Below are positions 46,928 through 56,660 of a stretch of DNA of 64,000 bases, piece after piece. This stretch comes from an uncultured Alphaproteobacteria bacterium (GTDB taxonomy: Bacteria; Pseudomonadota; Alphaproteobacteria; ATCC43930; CGMCC-115725), in assembly GCA_963701815.1 (NCBI GenBank), contig CAVPBN010000003.1, forward strand, positions 152,081 through 216,080, read 5' to 3'. The position numbers and the translations under genes are program-made. The notes beneath the pieces are model-generated. The model had not been told where the DNA came from and did no database searches. It worked only from the letters and a program-made list of their open reading frames with translations. Position 1 is the first letter of the stretch. The number at the start of each line of letters is the position of its first letter.

Positions 46928-47707
46928 ATGTCGGTTGATTTGACCGTCGAAGGCGCGGTGGCGAAAATCGTGCTGAATCGGCCGGAGAAGCTCAATGCGC
47001 TGACCACAGATATGCGCGAGAGCCTGTGCGATGTCTTTGCCCGTCTGCGCTTCGACGATGCCGTGCGGGTCATTGTCGTCACCGGCGCCGGGCGCGGGTT
47101 CTGCTCGGGTGCGGATGTCGACCGCATGGCCGGTCAGGCGCATGATCTGCGCGCCGATCGCCAGCGTCTTCAACAGGGCGGCCACAATTTCATCCGTGCG
47201 CTGCACGCGATCGAGAAGCCGGTCATCGCCGCGGTGCGCGGCCCGGCCGTCGGCATCGGCTGGAGCATTGCCCTCGCCTGCGATTTGGTGGTCGCCTCGC
47301 GGACCGCCCGGTTTTCGCAGATCTTCCGGCGGATCGGACTGGCGCCGGACGGCGGCGCCATCTGGTTTCTGACCCGCCGGCTCGGCATGGCCAAAGCCAA
47401 GGAGCTGGTGTTTTCGGCGCGCTTCGTCGAAGCCGAGGAGGCGCTGGCGTTGGGCCTCGTCAACCGCGTCGTCGAGGATGACCGCCTGATGCCCGAGACC
47501 GAGGCACTGGCGGCCGAACTCGCCGATGGGCCGACTTTTGCGCTTGGCCTGGCAAAGAAGCTGTTCCACGCCGCCGTCGGTCCGAGCCTCGAGCAATATC
47601 TCGAAATCGAAAGCCTGGTGCAGCCGCAACTGCACCACACCGCCGACAATGCCGAAGGGGTCGCCGCCTTCCGGGAAAGACGGCCGCCGAAATTCACCGG
47701 CCGCTGA
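46928..47707 (+). CDS. Enoyl-CoA hydratase/isomerase family protein
   Basis: 259 aa with VVTGAGRGFCSGADV and AAVRGPAVGIGWSIALACD. These are crotonase motifs. Confidence 0.9.
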   Translation: MSVDLTVEGAVAKIVLNRPEKLNALTTDMRESLCDVFARLRFDDAVRVIVVTGAGRGFCSGADVDRMAGQAHDLRADRQRLQQGGHNFIRALHAIEKPVIAAVRGPAVGIGWSIALACDLVVASRTARFSQIFRRIGLAPDGGAIWFLTRRLGMAKAKELVFSARFVEAEEALALGLVNRVVEDDRLMPETEALAAELADGPTFALGLAKKLFHAAVGPSLEQYLEIESLVQPQLHHTADNAEGVAAFRERRPPKFTGR

Positions 47708-47818
47708 GCCTTCCGGCAAAAAAAGGCCTGCTGTCGAACTTTCGGCCGAGCCGGACGTTCGTCGCGTTCGGGGCGAAGGCAAACCCATCGGATATTTCAC
47801 CGTGAGGAAACGGATACC

Positions 47819-49498
47819 ATGCACATGATCGGCAGATGGGCGCGACCGGTCGCAGCCATCGCGGCGGCCTGGGCCGCCGCCTTGACCGCGGCCGCCGCGC
47901 TGGCTGCGCCGCCCGATGCTGCCGCGGCCGCACCTCGCTGCACGACGCCGCCGGTGTCGACGGCAACGAGCGGCCGGGTCTGCGGTCTGGCGTTGACCGT
48001 CGTCGACGAAGGCCGGACCGCCGACGTCGACACCTATCAAGGCATCCGCTACGGGCATGCCAAACGCTGGACGCCGCCCGTCGCTCCACCGCCCCCGACC
48101 GGCCTCACCCGAGAAACGGCGTTCGGGCCGGTCTGCCCGCAAGCGCCGGTGAAAGGCGTCGTTCAAAGCGAGAATTGCCTGTTTCTCAACCTGTGGACAC
48201 CAACCCGATCCAGCGTCAAGCGGCTGCCGGTCATGGTGTTCATCCATGGCGGCTCGTTCGTCGAAGGCGCCGGCGACATGCCGGTCTATGACGGCGCCCG
48301 GCTGGCGGCGCGCGGCGATACGGTCGTCGTCACGCTGAACTATCGGCTGGGCGCGCTCGGCTTTCTGGCGGGCGGCAAAGGCGTCAACCACCTCGCCGGC
48401 AATTACGGCCTGCGGGACCAGCAGCTGGCTTTGCAATGGGTGCACGACAACATCCGCAGCTTCGGCGGCGATCCGGCGCAGGTGACGATCTTCGGCGAAA
48501 GCGCCGGCGCCATGTCGGTCGGGGCGCACCTCGTCGCCCCGGCCAGTAAGCCGCTGTTCAAGAACGCAATCATGGAGAGCAACCCGTACGGGGTCCCGTT
48601 CAAGACGCCAACCCAGGCGGCCGGCATCCGCCACGATTTCGACCAGGTGAAGGAGGTGGCCGCCTGCGACGGCAGGCTCGCCTGCCTCAGGCGGCTGCCC
48701 GCCGCCACGATCGTCGCCGCACAGGGAAAAGTCGCGCCGACAGGCAATGTATTGCAAGGAGCGTTCAGCGAGATTCTTGCCTGGTCGCCGACCGTCGACG
48801 GCACGCTGATCTCCGGACAACCGAACCAGGCAGCCATCGTCAGCCCGGTTATTGCCGGGACCAATCGGGACGAAGGCACCTTGTTCGTCGGCGACGCCTT
48901 CCCGAAGGGTCTGAGCGACACGGAGTATGAGGGATTGGTCGCCGTGATCTTCAAAGGCAGCGCGCCGTTCATATTGCTGAACAGCCGGTACAAGCCCGAC
49001 GGCAAAGGCAATCTGAACCCGCTGTCCAATATTGTCGGCGATTATTTTTTCAGCTGTGCGACGCGGCATGTCCTCGATAATGCAAAAGGCGCCGCGTTCG
49101 GCTACGCCTTCATGCACCCGCCATCCTACTCGGTTTGGCCGCAGGCGGCGGCGGAGTGCCGGCCCGGGTCGGGACCCGATCGGGGCAAGGTGTGCCACAG
49201 CTTCGAGCTGCCCTTTGTCTTCCGCAACCCGGTCACCGTCAGCCTCCCGCCGGTGCAGCACAAATTTACTTCCGGGGAACAGGCGATGACCGACGCGATC
49301 ACCTCTTACTGGACCGGTTTCGCCGCCGGCGGGGACCCGAATGACGGCGCCGGGGCGCCGCCCGCCTGGCTCGCCTACGGCAGCGCCGGCATCCGCCAAG
49401 TCCTCGATCTGAAGATCTCGCAAACCACCAATTCCGCGCTCAATTGCCCGCTGTGGGACAGCATCGGCTATAATCAGGCGTCGGCCTCGCTGTACTGA
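47819..49498 (+). CDS. Secreted type-B carboxylesterase/lipase
   Basis: 559 aa with an Ala-rich signal peptide, then EDCL-like SENCLFLNLWTP, VMVFIHGGSF and the nucleophile elbow FGESAGA. Confidence 0.9.
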   Translation: MHMIGRWARPVAAIAAAWAAALTAAAALAAPPDAAAAAPRCTTPPVSTATSGRVCGLALTVVDEGRTADVDTYQGIRYGHAKRWTPPVAPPPPTGLTRETAFGPVCPQAPVKGVVQSENCLFLNLWTPTRSSVKRLPVMVFIHGGSFVEGAGDMPVYDGARLAARGDTVVVTLNYRLGALGFLAGGKGVNHLAGNYGLRDQQLALQWVHDNIRSFGGDPAQVTIFGESAGAMSVGAHLVAPASKPLFKNAIMESNPYGVPFKTPTQAAGIRHDFDQVKEVAACDGRLACLRRLPAATIVAAQGKVAPTGNVLQGAFSEILAWSPTVDGTLISGQPNQAAIVSPVIAGTNRDEGTLFVGDAFPKGLSDTEYEGLVAVIFKGSAPFILLNSRYKPDGKGNLNPLSNIVGDYFFSCATRHVLDNAKGAAFGYAFMHPPSYSVWPQAAAECRPGSGPDRGKVCHSFELPFVFRNPVTVSLPPVQHKFTSGEQAMTDAITSYWTGFAAGGDPNDGAGAPPAWLAYGSAGIRQVLDLKISQTTNSALNCPLWDSIGYNQASASLY

Positions 49499-49517
49499 GC
49501 GCAATCCGGCCGCGAAC

Positions 49518-49650
49518 TCGTCGAGATTGCTTCGCTGTGCTCGCAATGACCGCGTAAGTGCTTGTCATTGCGAGGAGTACAGCGACGAAGCAATCTCGGT
49601 CAAGGTAAGCACCGGGGGGAATCATCTGTCCGGTTTGCACCACCAGCTTC
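49518..49650. repeat. Family 1 MITE-like repeat, copy C (reverse orientation relative to copy B)
   Basis: GAGATTGCTTCGCTGTGCTCGCAATGACCGCGTAAGTGCTTGTCATTGCGAGGAGTACAGCGACGAAGCAATCTCGGTCAAGGTAAGCACCGGGGGGAATCATCTGTCCGGTTTGCACC. Its reverse complement aligns almost base-for-base with 23165-23270. Confidence 0.85.
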
Positions 49651-49665
49651 GGCCGGAGGCGCGGG

Positions 49666-50625
49666 TCAGTTGACGTGCACGCCGGCTTCCTTGGCGACCC
49701 GGATCCAGCGCGGGATTTCCGCACGGATCAGCGCGGCGAGGGTTGCGGGCGGCCCGCCGACCGGCTCGCCGCCGATCGCGGCAAAGCGGGCGACGATTTC
49801 GGGCTGATGGACGACGCGGTCGAAGGCGGCGCTGAGCCGCGCGACAATGGGTTTGGGGGTACCGGCCGGCGCCAGCACCCCGTACCAGGTCACCGCGGTG
49901 AAGCCGGGTAGGGTCCGCTCGATGGTCGGGAGATCCGGCAGCGCCGCGGCGCGACGACCGCCGCTGACCGCGAGGCCGCGCACCTTTCCGGCAGCGATCA
50001 TCGGGATCGCGGCAATCAGCGGCGCCAGCATGACCTGCGCCTTGCCGGCGGCCACCGCCGCCAGCGCCCGCCCGCCGCCCTCGTACGGCACATGGGCGAT
50101 ATCGACGCCGCTGGTGATCTTGAACAATTCGAAACCGAGCTGGCTCGGCCCGCCCGCCCCAGCCGAGGCATAGCTCAGCTTGCCGGGATGGCTCTGGGCG
50201 TAGGCGATCAACTCTTCAACCAATTCGACCGGCAGCGACGGGTCGACCACCAACGCGTACTGCGCGACCAGCAACAGCGATACCGCCGCGAACGCGCTTT
50301 CGCTGTCGTAAGGCAGCTTGCCGAAAGTGCCGGGATGGATCGCGAAGGAACTCGGCGTGACCAACAAGGTGTAACCGTCGGCCGGCGCCCTGGCCACCAG
50401 ATCGGTCCCGACGACGCCGTCCCTGCCGGCGACATAGTCGATGACGACCTGCTGACCCAGAGTCTTGCCGAGTTCCGGGCCGACCGCGCTGGCAACCGCC
50501 TGATCCGGCCCGCCCGATGGAAACGGCACGACGAGGCGGATCGGCCGGTCCGGATAGGCCGCCTGCGCTCCCGCGCCCCCCAAGCCCAGCCCGACCACGA
50601 TCAGCAGCAGCAGCCGGATCGACAT
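49666..50625 (-). CDS. Bug/TctC-family tripartite tricarboxylate transporter substrate-binding protein
   Basis: 319 aa from MSIRLLLLIVVGLGLGGAGAQAAYPDRPIRLVVPFPSGG. This is the hallmark Bug N-terminus. No tctA/tctB is adjacent. Confidence 0.88.
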   Translation of the reverse strand: MSIRLLLLIVVGLGLGGAGAQAAYPDRPIRLVVPFPSGGPDQAVASAVGPELGKTLGQQVVIDYVAGRDGVVGTDLVARAPADGYTLLVTPSSFAIHPGTFGKLPYDSESAFAAVSLLLVAQYALVVDPSLPVELVEELIAYAQSHPGKLSYASAGAGGPSQLGFELFKITSGVDIAHVPYEGGGRALAAVAAGKAQVMLAPLIAAIPMIAAGKVRGLAVSGGRRAAALPDLPTIERTLPGFTAVTWYGVLAPAGTPKPIVARLSAAFDRVVHQPEIVARFAAIGGEPVGGPPATLAALIRAEIPRWIRVAKEAGVHVN

Positions 50626-50790
50626 TCCCAAGGTCTTTCTCCCGATGGCCTCGTACGGCCGCCGCCAATCTCGCTCCGCGCCGATCTGGGCGCAACAATT
50701 GCGGTCGATCGCCGGCGGGAGTCGCCCGCCGCGCGGCGATCGTGGCCCTCGCCGGCGCGCCGGGCTAATCTTGCGCCAAATCTGCGAAGA

Positions 50791-52327
50791 ATGGAGAAGC
50801 GGCGGATGCTCGACCTGCCGGCGGCGGTGGCCGCCGCCGTTTACGACCCATTGGTCGCCGCGCTGGCCGTATTTGCCCTCGCCGGGCTGCTGACGCATTT
50901 TTTGTTTCGCCGGCACGCCCTCGGGCGGGCGATCGCCCGAGTGGTCCTGCTGATCGCCCTGACGATCGTCCTGCTGCATGCCGGGGTCGTGCCTTACCAG
51001 AAGCTGACGCTGACCGGGACCCCGTTCCGGGATGCGGCGCATGCGATGTTGAAGATCGCCTGGTGGCTGTGGACCGCCTGGTTCCTGGTCGGCTTTCTGC
51101 GGGCTTTTGTCGTCACCGAGCACCGGCCGCGCGAGGGCAAGCTGATCCAGGACCTCCTCGCCGGCCTGATTTACCTGGCGGCCGTCCTTGCCATCATCGC
51201 CTATGTCTTCGACCTGCCGATTCAGGGCCTGCTGGCAACTTCCGGGGCCATCGCCATCATCCTCGGTCTCGCCTTGCAGAGCACCTTGAGCGACGTATTC
51301 TCCGGGATCGTGCTGAATTTCAGCCGCCCCTATCGGCCGGGCGACTGGATCAGCATCGACGGCGGCACCGATGGTCGCGTCATCGAGATGAACTGGCGCG
51401 CAACCCACGTGCTGACGGCAAAGCGCGATCTGGCGATCGTACCGAACAGCACTATCGCCAAGGCAAAGATCGTCAACGCCAGTTCCCCGTCCACCATCCA
51501 CGGGATGACCGTGACGGTCCAGCTCGACGCCGCGACCCCGCCGACCGTCGGCGCCGAGATCCTCGAACATGCGGTCTTGAACTGCCGGCGGATACTGGCG
51601 ACGCCGGCCCCGTCGATCATGGTCAAATCGATCACCGCGAGCTTCAGCGAATTCGACATCGGTTTTTTTGTCGAGGAGCTGGGGATGTCGACGGGTACGC
51701 AGAACGAGCTGTTCGATCTGATTTTCCGGCACCTGGCGGCCGCCGGCATCGAGCTGGCGACCGCGCCGAATCAGTTTTACCGGGCGCCGGATAAAGAGAC
51801 CGGGGCGACCCGGCCCGCAGCCGTACGGACGCTCGACCTGGTCGCGATCTTTGCCGAGCTGACCGCGGCGGAGCGGCAGAATTTGGCTGCAAGCCTGAAG
51901 CCGCACCTGCATGAACGCGGTGACGTCCTGGTCGAGCCGGGGATGGTTTTGCAATCGCTGTTCATCATCGGGGCGGGCGTGCTGTCGTTTACCGCCGAGG
52001 CATCGGAGGGCGAGATCGAGCTGATGCGCCTGGGCCCGGGCGATCATTTCGGCGAGATCGGACTGCTGACCGAACACGCCCGCTTCGGCAAAACTATCGG
52101 CGCTGACATCGGCAACCGTCTACGAACTGGCCAGGGCGGATTTGTCGCCGGTGCTCGAGGCACGGCCTGCGGTCGCTCAGGAACTGTGCCACGCGCTCGC
52201 CCGGCGGCAGGCCGCCGGCCAGCTGATCAATGCGGCCGAGATCGGAGAGAATTTGCCGCCGAACCGGGTGGCGAGCTGGTTCGCCGACCACTTGCACCGA
52301 CTGTTCGACCCGGCCGGCGTCCGATGA
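50791..52327 (+). CDS. MscS-family mechanosensitive channel fused to a C-terminal cyclic-nucleotide-binding domain (bCNG-like); frame change near 52067-52085 inside the cNMP domain
   Basis: The MscS core is ATSGAIAIILGLALQSTLSDVFSGIVLNFSRPYRPGDWISI...GRVIEMNWRATHV. The cNMP domain is LFIIGAGVLS...RLGPGDHFGEIGLLT. The end of the domain (ALTSATVYELARADLSPVLEARPAVAQEL..ARRQ) is in another frame (ORF 52142-52327), whose TGA overlaps the hlyD ATG. Confidence 0.75.
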
Positions 52328-53352
52328 GCGAGCCGTTGTCCGCTGCCGAAGCAGCCCGATCGAAACCGCCCTCCCGGCTCAATCCGCGCCTGATCATCGC
52401 CGGCTGCCTGTTTGCCGCCGTCATCGGCTTGGCGATCTGGTATCTGGCTCGGCCCGAACCGTTGCTGGTGCAAGGCGAGGCTGAAAGCACCCGGGTCGAT
52501 ATCGCCGCGCGGGTCTCCGGGCGGCTGCTGAAAATCGAGGTCAGTCGCGGCCAAAACGTCTCGGCTGGCGCGACCTTGGCCGTCATCGACAATCCGGAGC
52601 TGGTCGCGGAATTGCGCGAAGCCGAAGCCGAGAAAGTGGTGGCGGACGCGGAACTGGAGCGCATCAAGGTCGGCACGCGCCCCGAGATCATCGCCCAGCG
52701 TAAAGCCGAAATCGACCGCGCCGCGGCCGACCTGACTTTCGCGCAACAGACCTTCAGCCGCACAAGACAGCTTGCCGCTCGGCAATTCGCGCCGCAGTCG
52801 AAGCTCGACGAAGATACTGATGCATTGACGCTGGCCCAGCGCCGACTCGACCAAGCCAGGCTCGCCTACGATGAAGCGGTGCGCGGCTTCACCGCCGAGG
52901 AGCATCAGATCGCCGAAGCCGATGTCGTCAAGGCAGCGGCTAAAATTGACACGATCAAGGCGCTGGTTGACCAGTTGAGGATAACTGCGCCGATCGCTTC
53001 TCAAATCTACCAGATTCCGGTCGAGGAGGGCGAGGTCGTCGTTCCCGGCCTGCCGCTGATGTCCCTGATCGATCTCGGCGACACCTGGCTCGGCTTTTCG
53101 CTGCGCGAGGATTTGATCGCCGGGCTGAAGGTCGGGGATCGTTTTACGGTCGAGATCCCGGCGCTCGGCAACCGCTCGGTTACGGCTCAGGTGCGGGTAA
53201 TCGCGGCGAAGGGTGAATACGCCGGCTGGCGTGCGACGCGGGCTACCGGCGATTTTGATTTGCGCACCTTCGCGATCCGCGCCTACCCGGTCGAGAAGAT
53301 CGATGGGCTGCGGCCGGGCATGAGCGTCTACACCGATTGGGCGAGGCGCTCG
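52324..53352 (+). CDS. HlyD-family membrane-fusion (periplasmic adaptor) protein 1; no in-frame stop before the next gene in this sequence
   Basis: The N-terminal TM is LIIAGCLFAAVIGLAIWYL. It has the lipoyl-like motif IAARVSGRLLKIEVSRGQNVSAGATLAVIDNPEL, a coiled coil and the C-terminal barrel ...GLRPGMSVYTDW. It aligns along its length with HlyD 2. Confidence 0.8.
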
Positions 53353-54528
53353 ATGAAACCGCCGCCGCGCCCGGGCCTGGCGCTGGTCGCGTTGCGCGAA
53401 ATCCGGTTTTTCCGGCGTGATCCCGCCGGATACTTGCTGGTTATCGTCGTCCCGCTGATCGGCTTTGCAATCCTGACCTGGACGTTCAGCAGCGCGGTGG
53501 TGCGTGGACTCGATATCGTCGTCGTCGATACCGACCGCTCCGACGTGTCTGCCGACCTTATCCAATCTATCGCGGCTGCACCCGGGTTGCGCATTGTCGG
53601 GCGCGCCGACGATTTGAAGAGCGCCACTCGAGCAATCCGCTCCGGCCGAGCGATCGGCGCGGTCTACATTCCGCCGAACTTCGAACTGGATATGCGCGCG
53701 GCGCGTCGACCGCAAATCATCGCCTTCTACAACGCCCAATACTTCACTCCGGGGAACATAGCCGCTAGAGGGTTGAGCGACTCGATCTCCGATGCCGTCG
53801 CAAAGTTGTCGCCGCGCATGACGTCCGTCTGCCGTCTGCCGGCGGCGGCTCGCTGGTTGTGGAGCAATACGTGCTGACCAACCCGGCGCTGAATTATGCC
53901 GGCTTTCTACTGCGCGCGGTGATGCCGACGACGTTGCATGTCGTCATTGCGATCGCCACGGCTTACGCGGTCGGCAGCGAGTTCTCGCGCCGCAGCCGAC
54001 GGGCTTGGCTGCGTTGCGCCGACGGCAGCCCGCTGATCGCGCTGGCCGGCAAATTGCTGCCGCTGTTCGCACTGTTTTTTACCATGCTCGGGATCGAAGC
54101 GCTGATCCTGCACGCGGGGTTCGAACTGCCGTATCGCGGCAACGTGACGATGATGGTCGTTGCGGCGTTGCTGTTCGTGGTGGCTTATCAATCGCTCGCG
54201 GCCTTGGTGCTGTTGCTGGTCCGCAACCTGGCGCTCGGTTTGAGCCTCGTCGCGATCATCGCGTCCCCGGCCTTTGGCTTTGCCGGCGTCGGCCTGCCGG
54301 TGCTGGCGATGAACGGGTTCGCGCGGAGCTGGGGCGCGCTGCTGCCGTTGCGCTGGTACCAGCAGCTTTTGTTCGACCAGGCGGCTCGCGGTGCGTCGGT
54401 GCACGCCTCGGCGCCGGCTTTCGCGATCCTGGCCGGGATGGCGCTCGGCCTCTTTAGCCTGGCTTGGTGGCGATTGAGCCGGCTCCCCCGGCAGCGGTCC
54501 GGCGAAGAGGACCCGCGGCTGCAACAGG
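53353..54528 (+). CDS. ABC-2-type transporter permease module 1 (frame change between 53766 and 53877; the end boundary is approximate)
   Basis: The N-terminus MKPPPRPGLALVALREIRFFRRDPAGYLLVIVVPLIGFAILTWTF is followed by a large periplasmic loop (IVVVDTDRSDVS...AVYIPPNFE). The TM bundle continues in ORF 53859-55676 (EQYVLTNPALNYAGFLLRAVMPTTLHVVIAI ... LFSLAWWRLSRL). Confidence 0.7.
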
Positions 54529-55676
54529 ATGGCCGCGGCATCCCCGGCGGCTTTGTCGGCGAGTGGCGCCGCGTCCTCGCCGATCGCGGCGTATTCAGCC
54601 TGATGGTCGTGGCGCCGATATTTTACGGCGTATTCTATCCGCAACCCTATCTCGGTCAGCTCGTGCGCAAGATCCCGATCGCCGTGGTCGACGACGATCG
54701 CACCTCGTTGAGCCGCCGCCTGATCGAGGCCCTCGATGCCGACGAGGCCATCTCGGTCGCGGTCCGCGCCCCGGCTCTCGACGTGGCCCAGCAGGCGCTG
54801 TTCGCTCGCCGGGTGTTCGGCATCCTGGAGATTCCGCCCGATACCGAGCGAGAGGTGCTGAAAGGGAATAGAGCCAGGCTCCCGGCCTATGTCGATTCCG
54901 CCTATTTTCTCGTCTTCAATCGCACCTTGCAGGGGATCGTCGAAAGCGCCGCAGACATCAACATCACCGACATTTCGCGCGGTTCGCGTCTGGACGGTGC
55001 GCAGGCCCGGCTGGCGCTGACCGCGTCGAGCCCGGCCGAGCTATTGACCGAGCCGCTTTACAACCCGACCGGCGGCTATGCCAGCTATGTCGTGCCGGCC
55101 GCCTTTGTGCTGATCGTACAGCAGACCTTGCTGATGGGCGCAGCGACCCTGACGGCGCTGGGTTTCGCGGCGCGCCGGGGCGTCCGCACCATGGCGCCGG
55201 GGCCGAGCCGGCTTCTCGGTCGCGGCTTCGCCCATCTGGCGATCTATCTTCCGGCGCTGGCCCTGTTCCTGGTGATTCTGCCGCGGGTCTACGGCTTCTC
55301 GGCATTGGGAAGGGCGACTGATCTCGCGCTCTTTGCCGTCCCTTTCGTGCTCGCGACCAGCTTCATGGCGCAGGCCGCCGGCAGTTTCTTCAGGCACCGA
55401 GAGACGGCGGTTCTGATTTTTGTCGCGACGACTCTGCCGCAATTCTTTCTGGTCGGCGTGTCGTGGCCGCGCGAGATGATACCGCCGGCGCTCAATCAGA
55501 TGCGCCGCATCTTCCCCAGCGAGTCGGCGATCGACGGGCTGGTGCGGATCGGGCAGATGGGAGCCCGCCTCGGCGAGGTTCGGGCGGATTGGATCTATCT
55601 GTGGCTGCTTACCGCGGGCTATTTCGTCCTCGCTCTTGCAGCTTCACGGCGCCGGGCGTCGAGCGATGCCGCCTAG
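54529..55676 (+). CDS. ABC-2-type transporter permease module 2 (in frame with module 1, no intervening stop; the start is undefined)
   Basis: ..GFVGEWRRVLADRGVFSLMVVAPIFYGVFYPQPY, then a periplasmic loop (IAVVDDDRTSLS...GILEIPPDTE), then the TM bundle LYNPTGGYASYVVPAAFVLIVQQTLL... Confidence 0.65.
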
Positions 55677-56655
55677 AACCGGGGAGCACTTGCACACGAT
55701 CGCGGTGCTGCTGGTGGTAGCGGCAGTAGCCGGCATCCTTGCGTTTTTGGTTCTGGGCTCCAGCGTGCCGGCGTCGCGCCCTCCCGGCGTGGTTCAGGCG
55801 ACCGAAATCAAGATCGCGCCCGAAATCAGCGGCCGCCTGCTGCGGTTTGCGGTCGGTTCGGGACAAAGTGTGCGCGCGGGAGATGTCCTTGCCCGGCTCT
55901 CGAACCCTGAGCTCGAAGCCGCATTGGTGCTGGCCGAAGCGCAATTCGCGCAGGCTCGCGCCGCTCGCGATCGGGTTTACGCCGGCCCGCGGCAAGAGCA
56001 GGTCGACGCGCTCGCGCGCGACATCGACATGGCGAATGCAAATCTGACCTACGCACGGCAGCAATTCGCCCGCTCCTCGCAACTTGCAGCAGCCGGGTTC
56101 GCCTCGCATCAAGACCTCGACAAGGCGGCGACGGCGGCCGACACGGCGAGCGCCAATGTTTCGCGCGCAAAGGAACGATACCAGGCCGCCCGTCTCGGTC
56201 CCACCCGAGAAGAACGAGAGATCGCCGATGCCAGGGTCGCGAGCGCCGCAGCGGCTGTGTCCGTCGTCGCCGCCCGTGTCGCGAAGCTGCAGATCCGCGC
56301 GCCGGCGAACGGCTCCGTCGCCCTGCTCGTGGCCGAGCCGGGCGAGGCCATCGTCCCGGGCCAGCCGATCATGACGCTGCAGGCGGCCGGACGCCGCTGG
56401 GCGAGCTTCAATTTGCGCGAGGACCAGTTCGAAAGCCTCCGCATCGGCTCGGCGGTCCGCCTCGCCGCGTCCGACGGCATGGCCGGCATCGACGGCCATG
56501 TTACCGAAATCGTGCCGCGGGGCGAATTCGCGACATGGCGGGCTGCGCGCGCCGTCGGTGACCATGACCTCAACACGTTTCAGCTCCGCGTCGACGCCGA
56601 CGCGAGAGACAATGAGCTGCAACCGGGGATGACCGTCCGACTGCGCCGGCGATAG
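55666..56655 (+). CDS. HlyD-family membrane-fusion protein 2
   Basis: 329 aa from MPPRTGEHLHTIAVLLVVAAVAGILAFLVLG. It has IAPEISGRLLRFAVGSGQSVRAGDVLARLSNPEL and a C-terminus ..LQPGMTVRLRRR. It overlaps the permease ORF end by 11 nt. Confidence 0.85.
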   Translation: MPPRTGEHLHTIAVLLVVAAVAGILAFLVLGSSVPASRPPGVVQATEIKIAPEISGRLLRFAVGSGQSVRAGDVLARLSNPELEAALVLAEAQFAQARAARDRVYAGPRQEQVDALARDIDMANANLTYARQQFARSSQLAAAGFASHQDLDKAATAADTASANVSRAKERYQAARLGPTREEREIADARVASAAAAVSVVAARVAKLQIRAPANGSVALLVAEPGEAIVPGQPIMTLQAAGRRWASFNLREDQFESLRIGSAVRLAASDGMAGIDGHVTEIVPRGEFATWRAARAVGDHDLNTFQLRVDADARDNELQPGMTVRLRRR

Positions 56656-56660
56656 CGCGA

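Noticed and set aside
45932-49546. 1204-aa minus-strand ORF, the longest in the track
   Set aside because: It is antisense to well-supported plus-strand genes (enoyl-CoA hydratase, carboxylesterase). It is Arg/Gly/Ala/Pro-rich with no recognisable motifs. Long stop-free antisense frames are expected in GC-rich DNA.
49666-52077. 803-aa minus-strand ORF
   Set aside because: Only the last 319 codons (from MSIRLLLLIVV..) form the Bug/TctC protein. The upstream 480 codons are antisense to the MscS gene and are low-complexity.
50092-53877. 1261-aa plus-strand ORF read as one giant protein
   Set aside because: It is a composite. It contains non-coding sequence antisense to tctC, the MscS-cNMP gene, out-of-frame read-through, HlyD 1 and the N-terminal part of an ABC-2 permease. 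The continuity results from missing stops and frame changes in stop-poor DNA.
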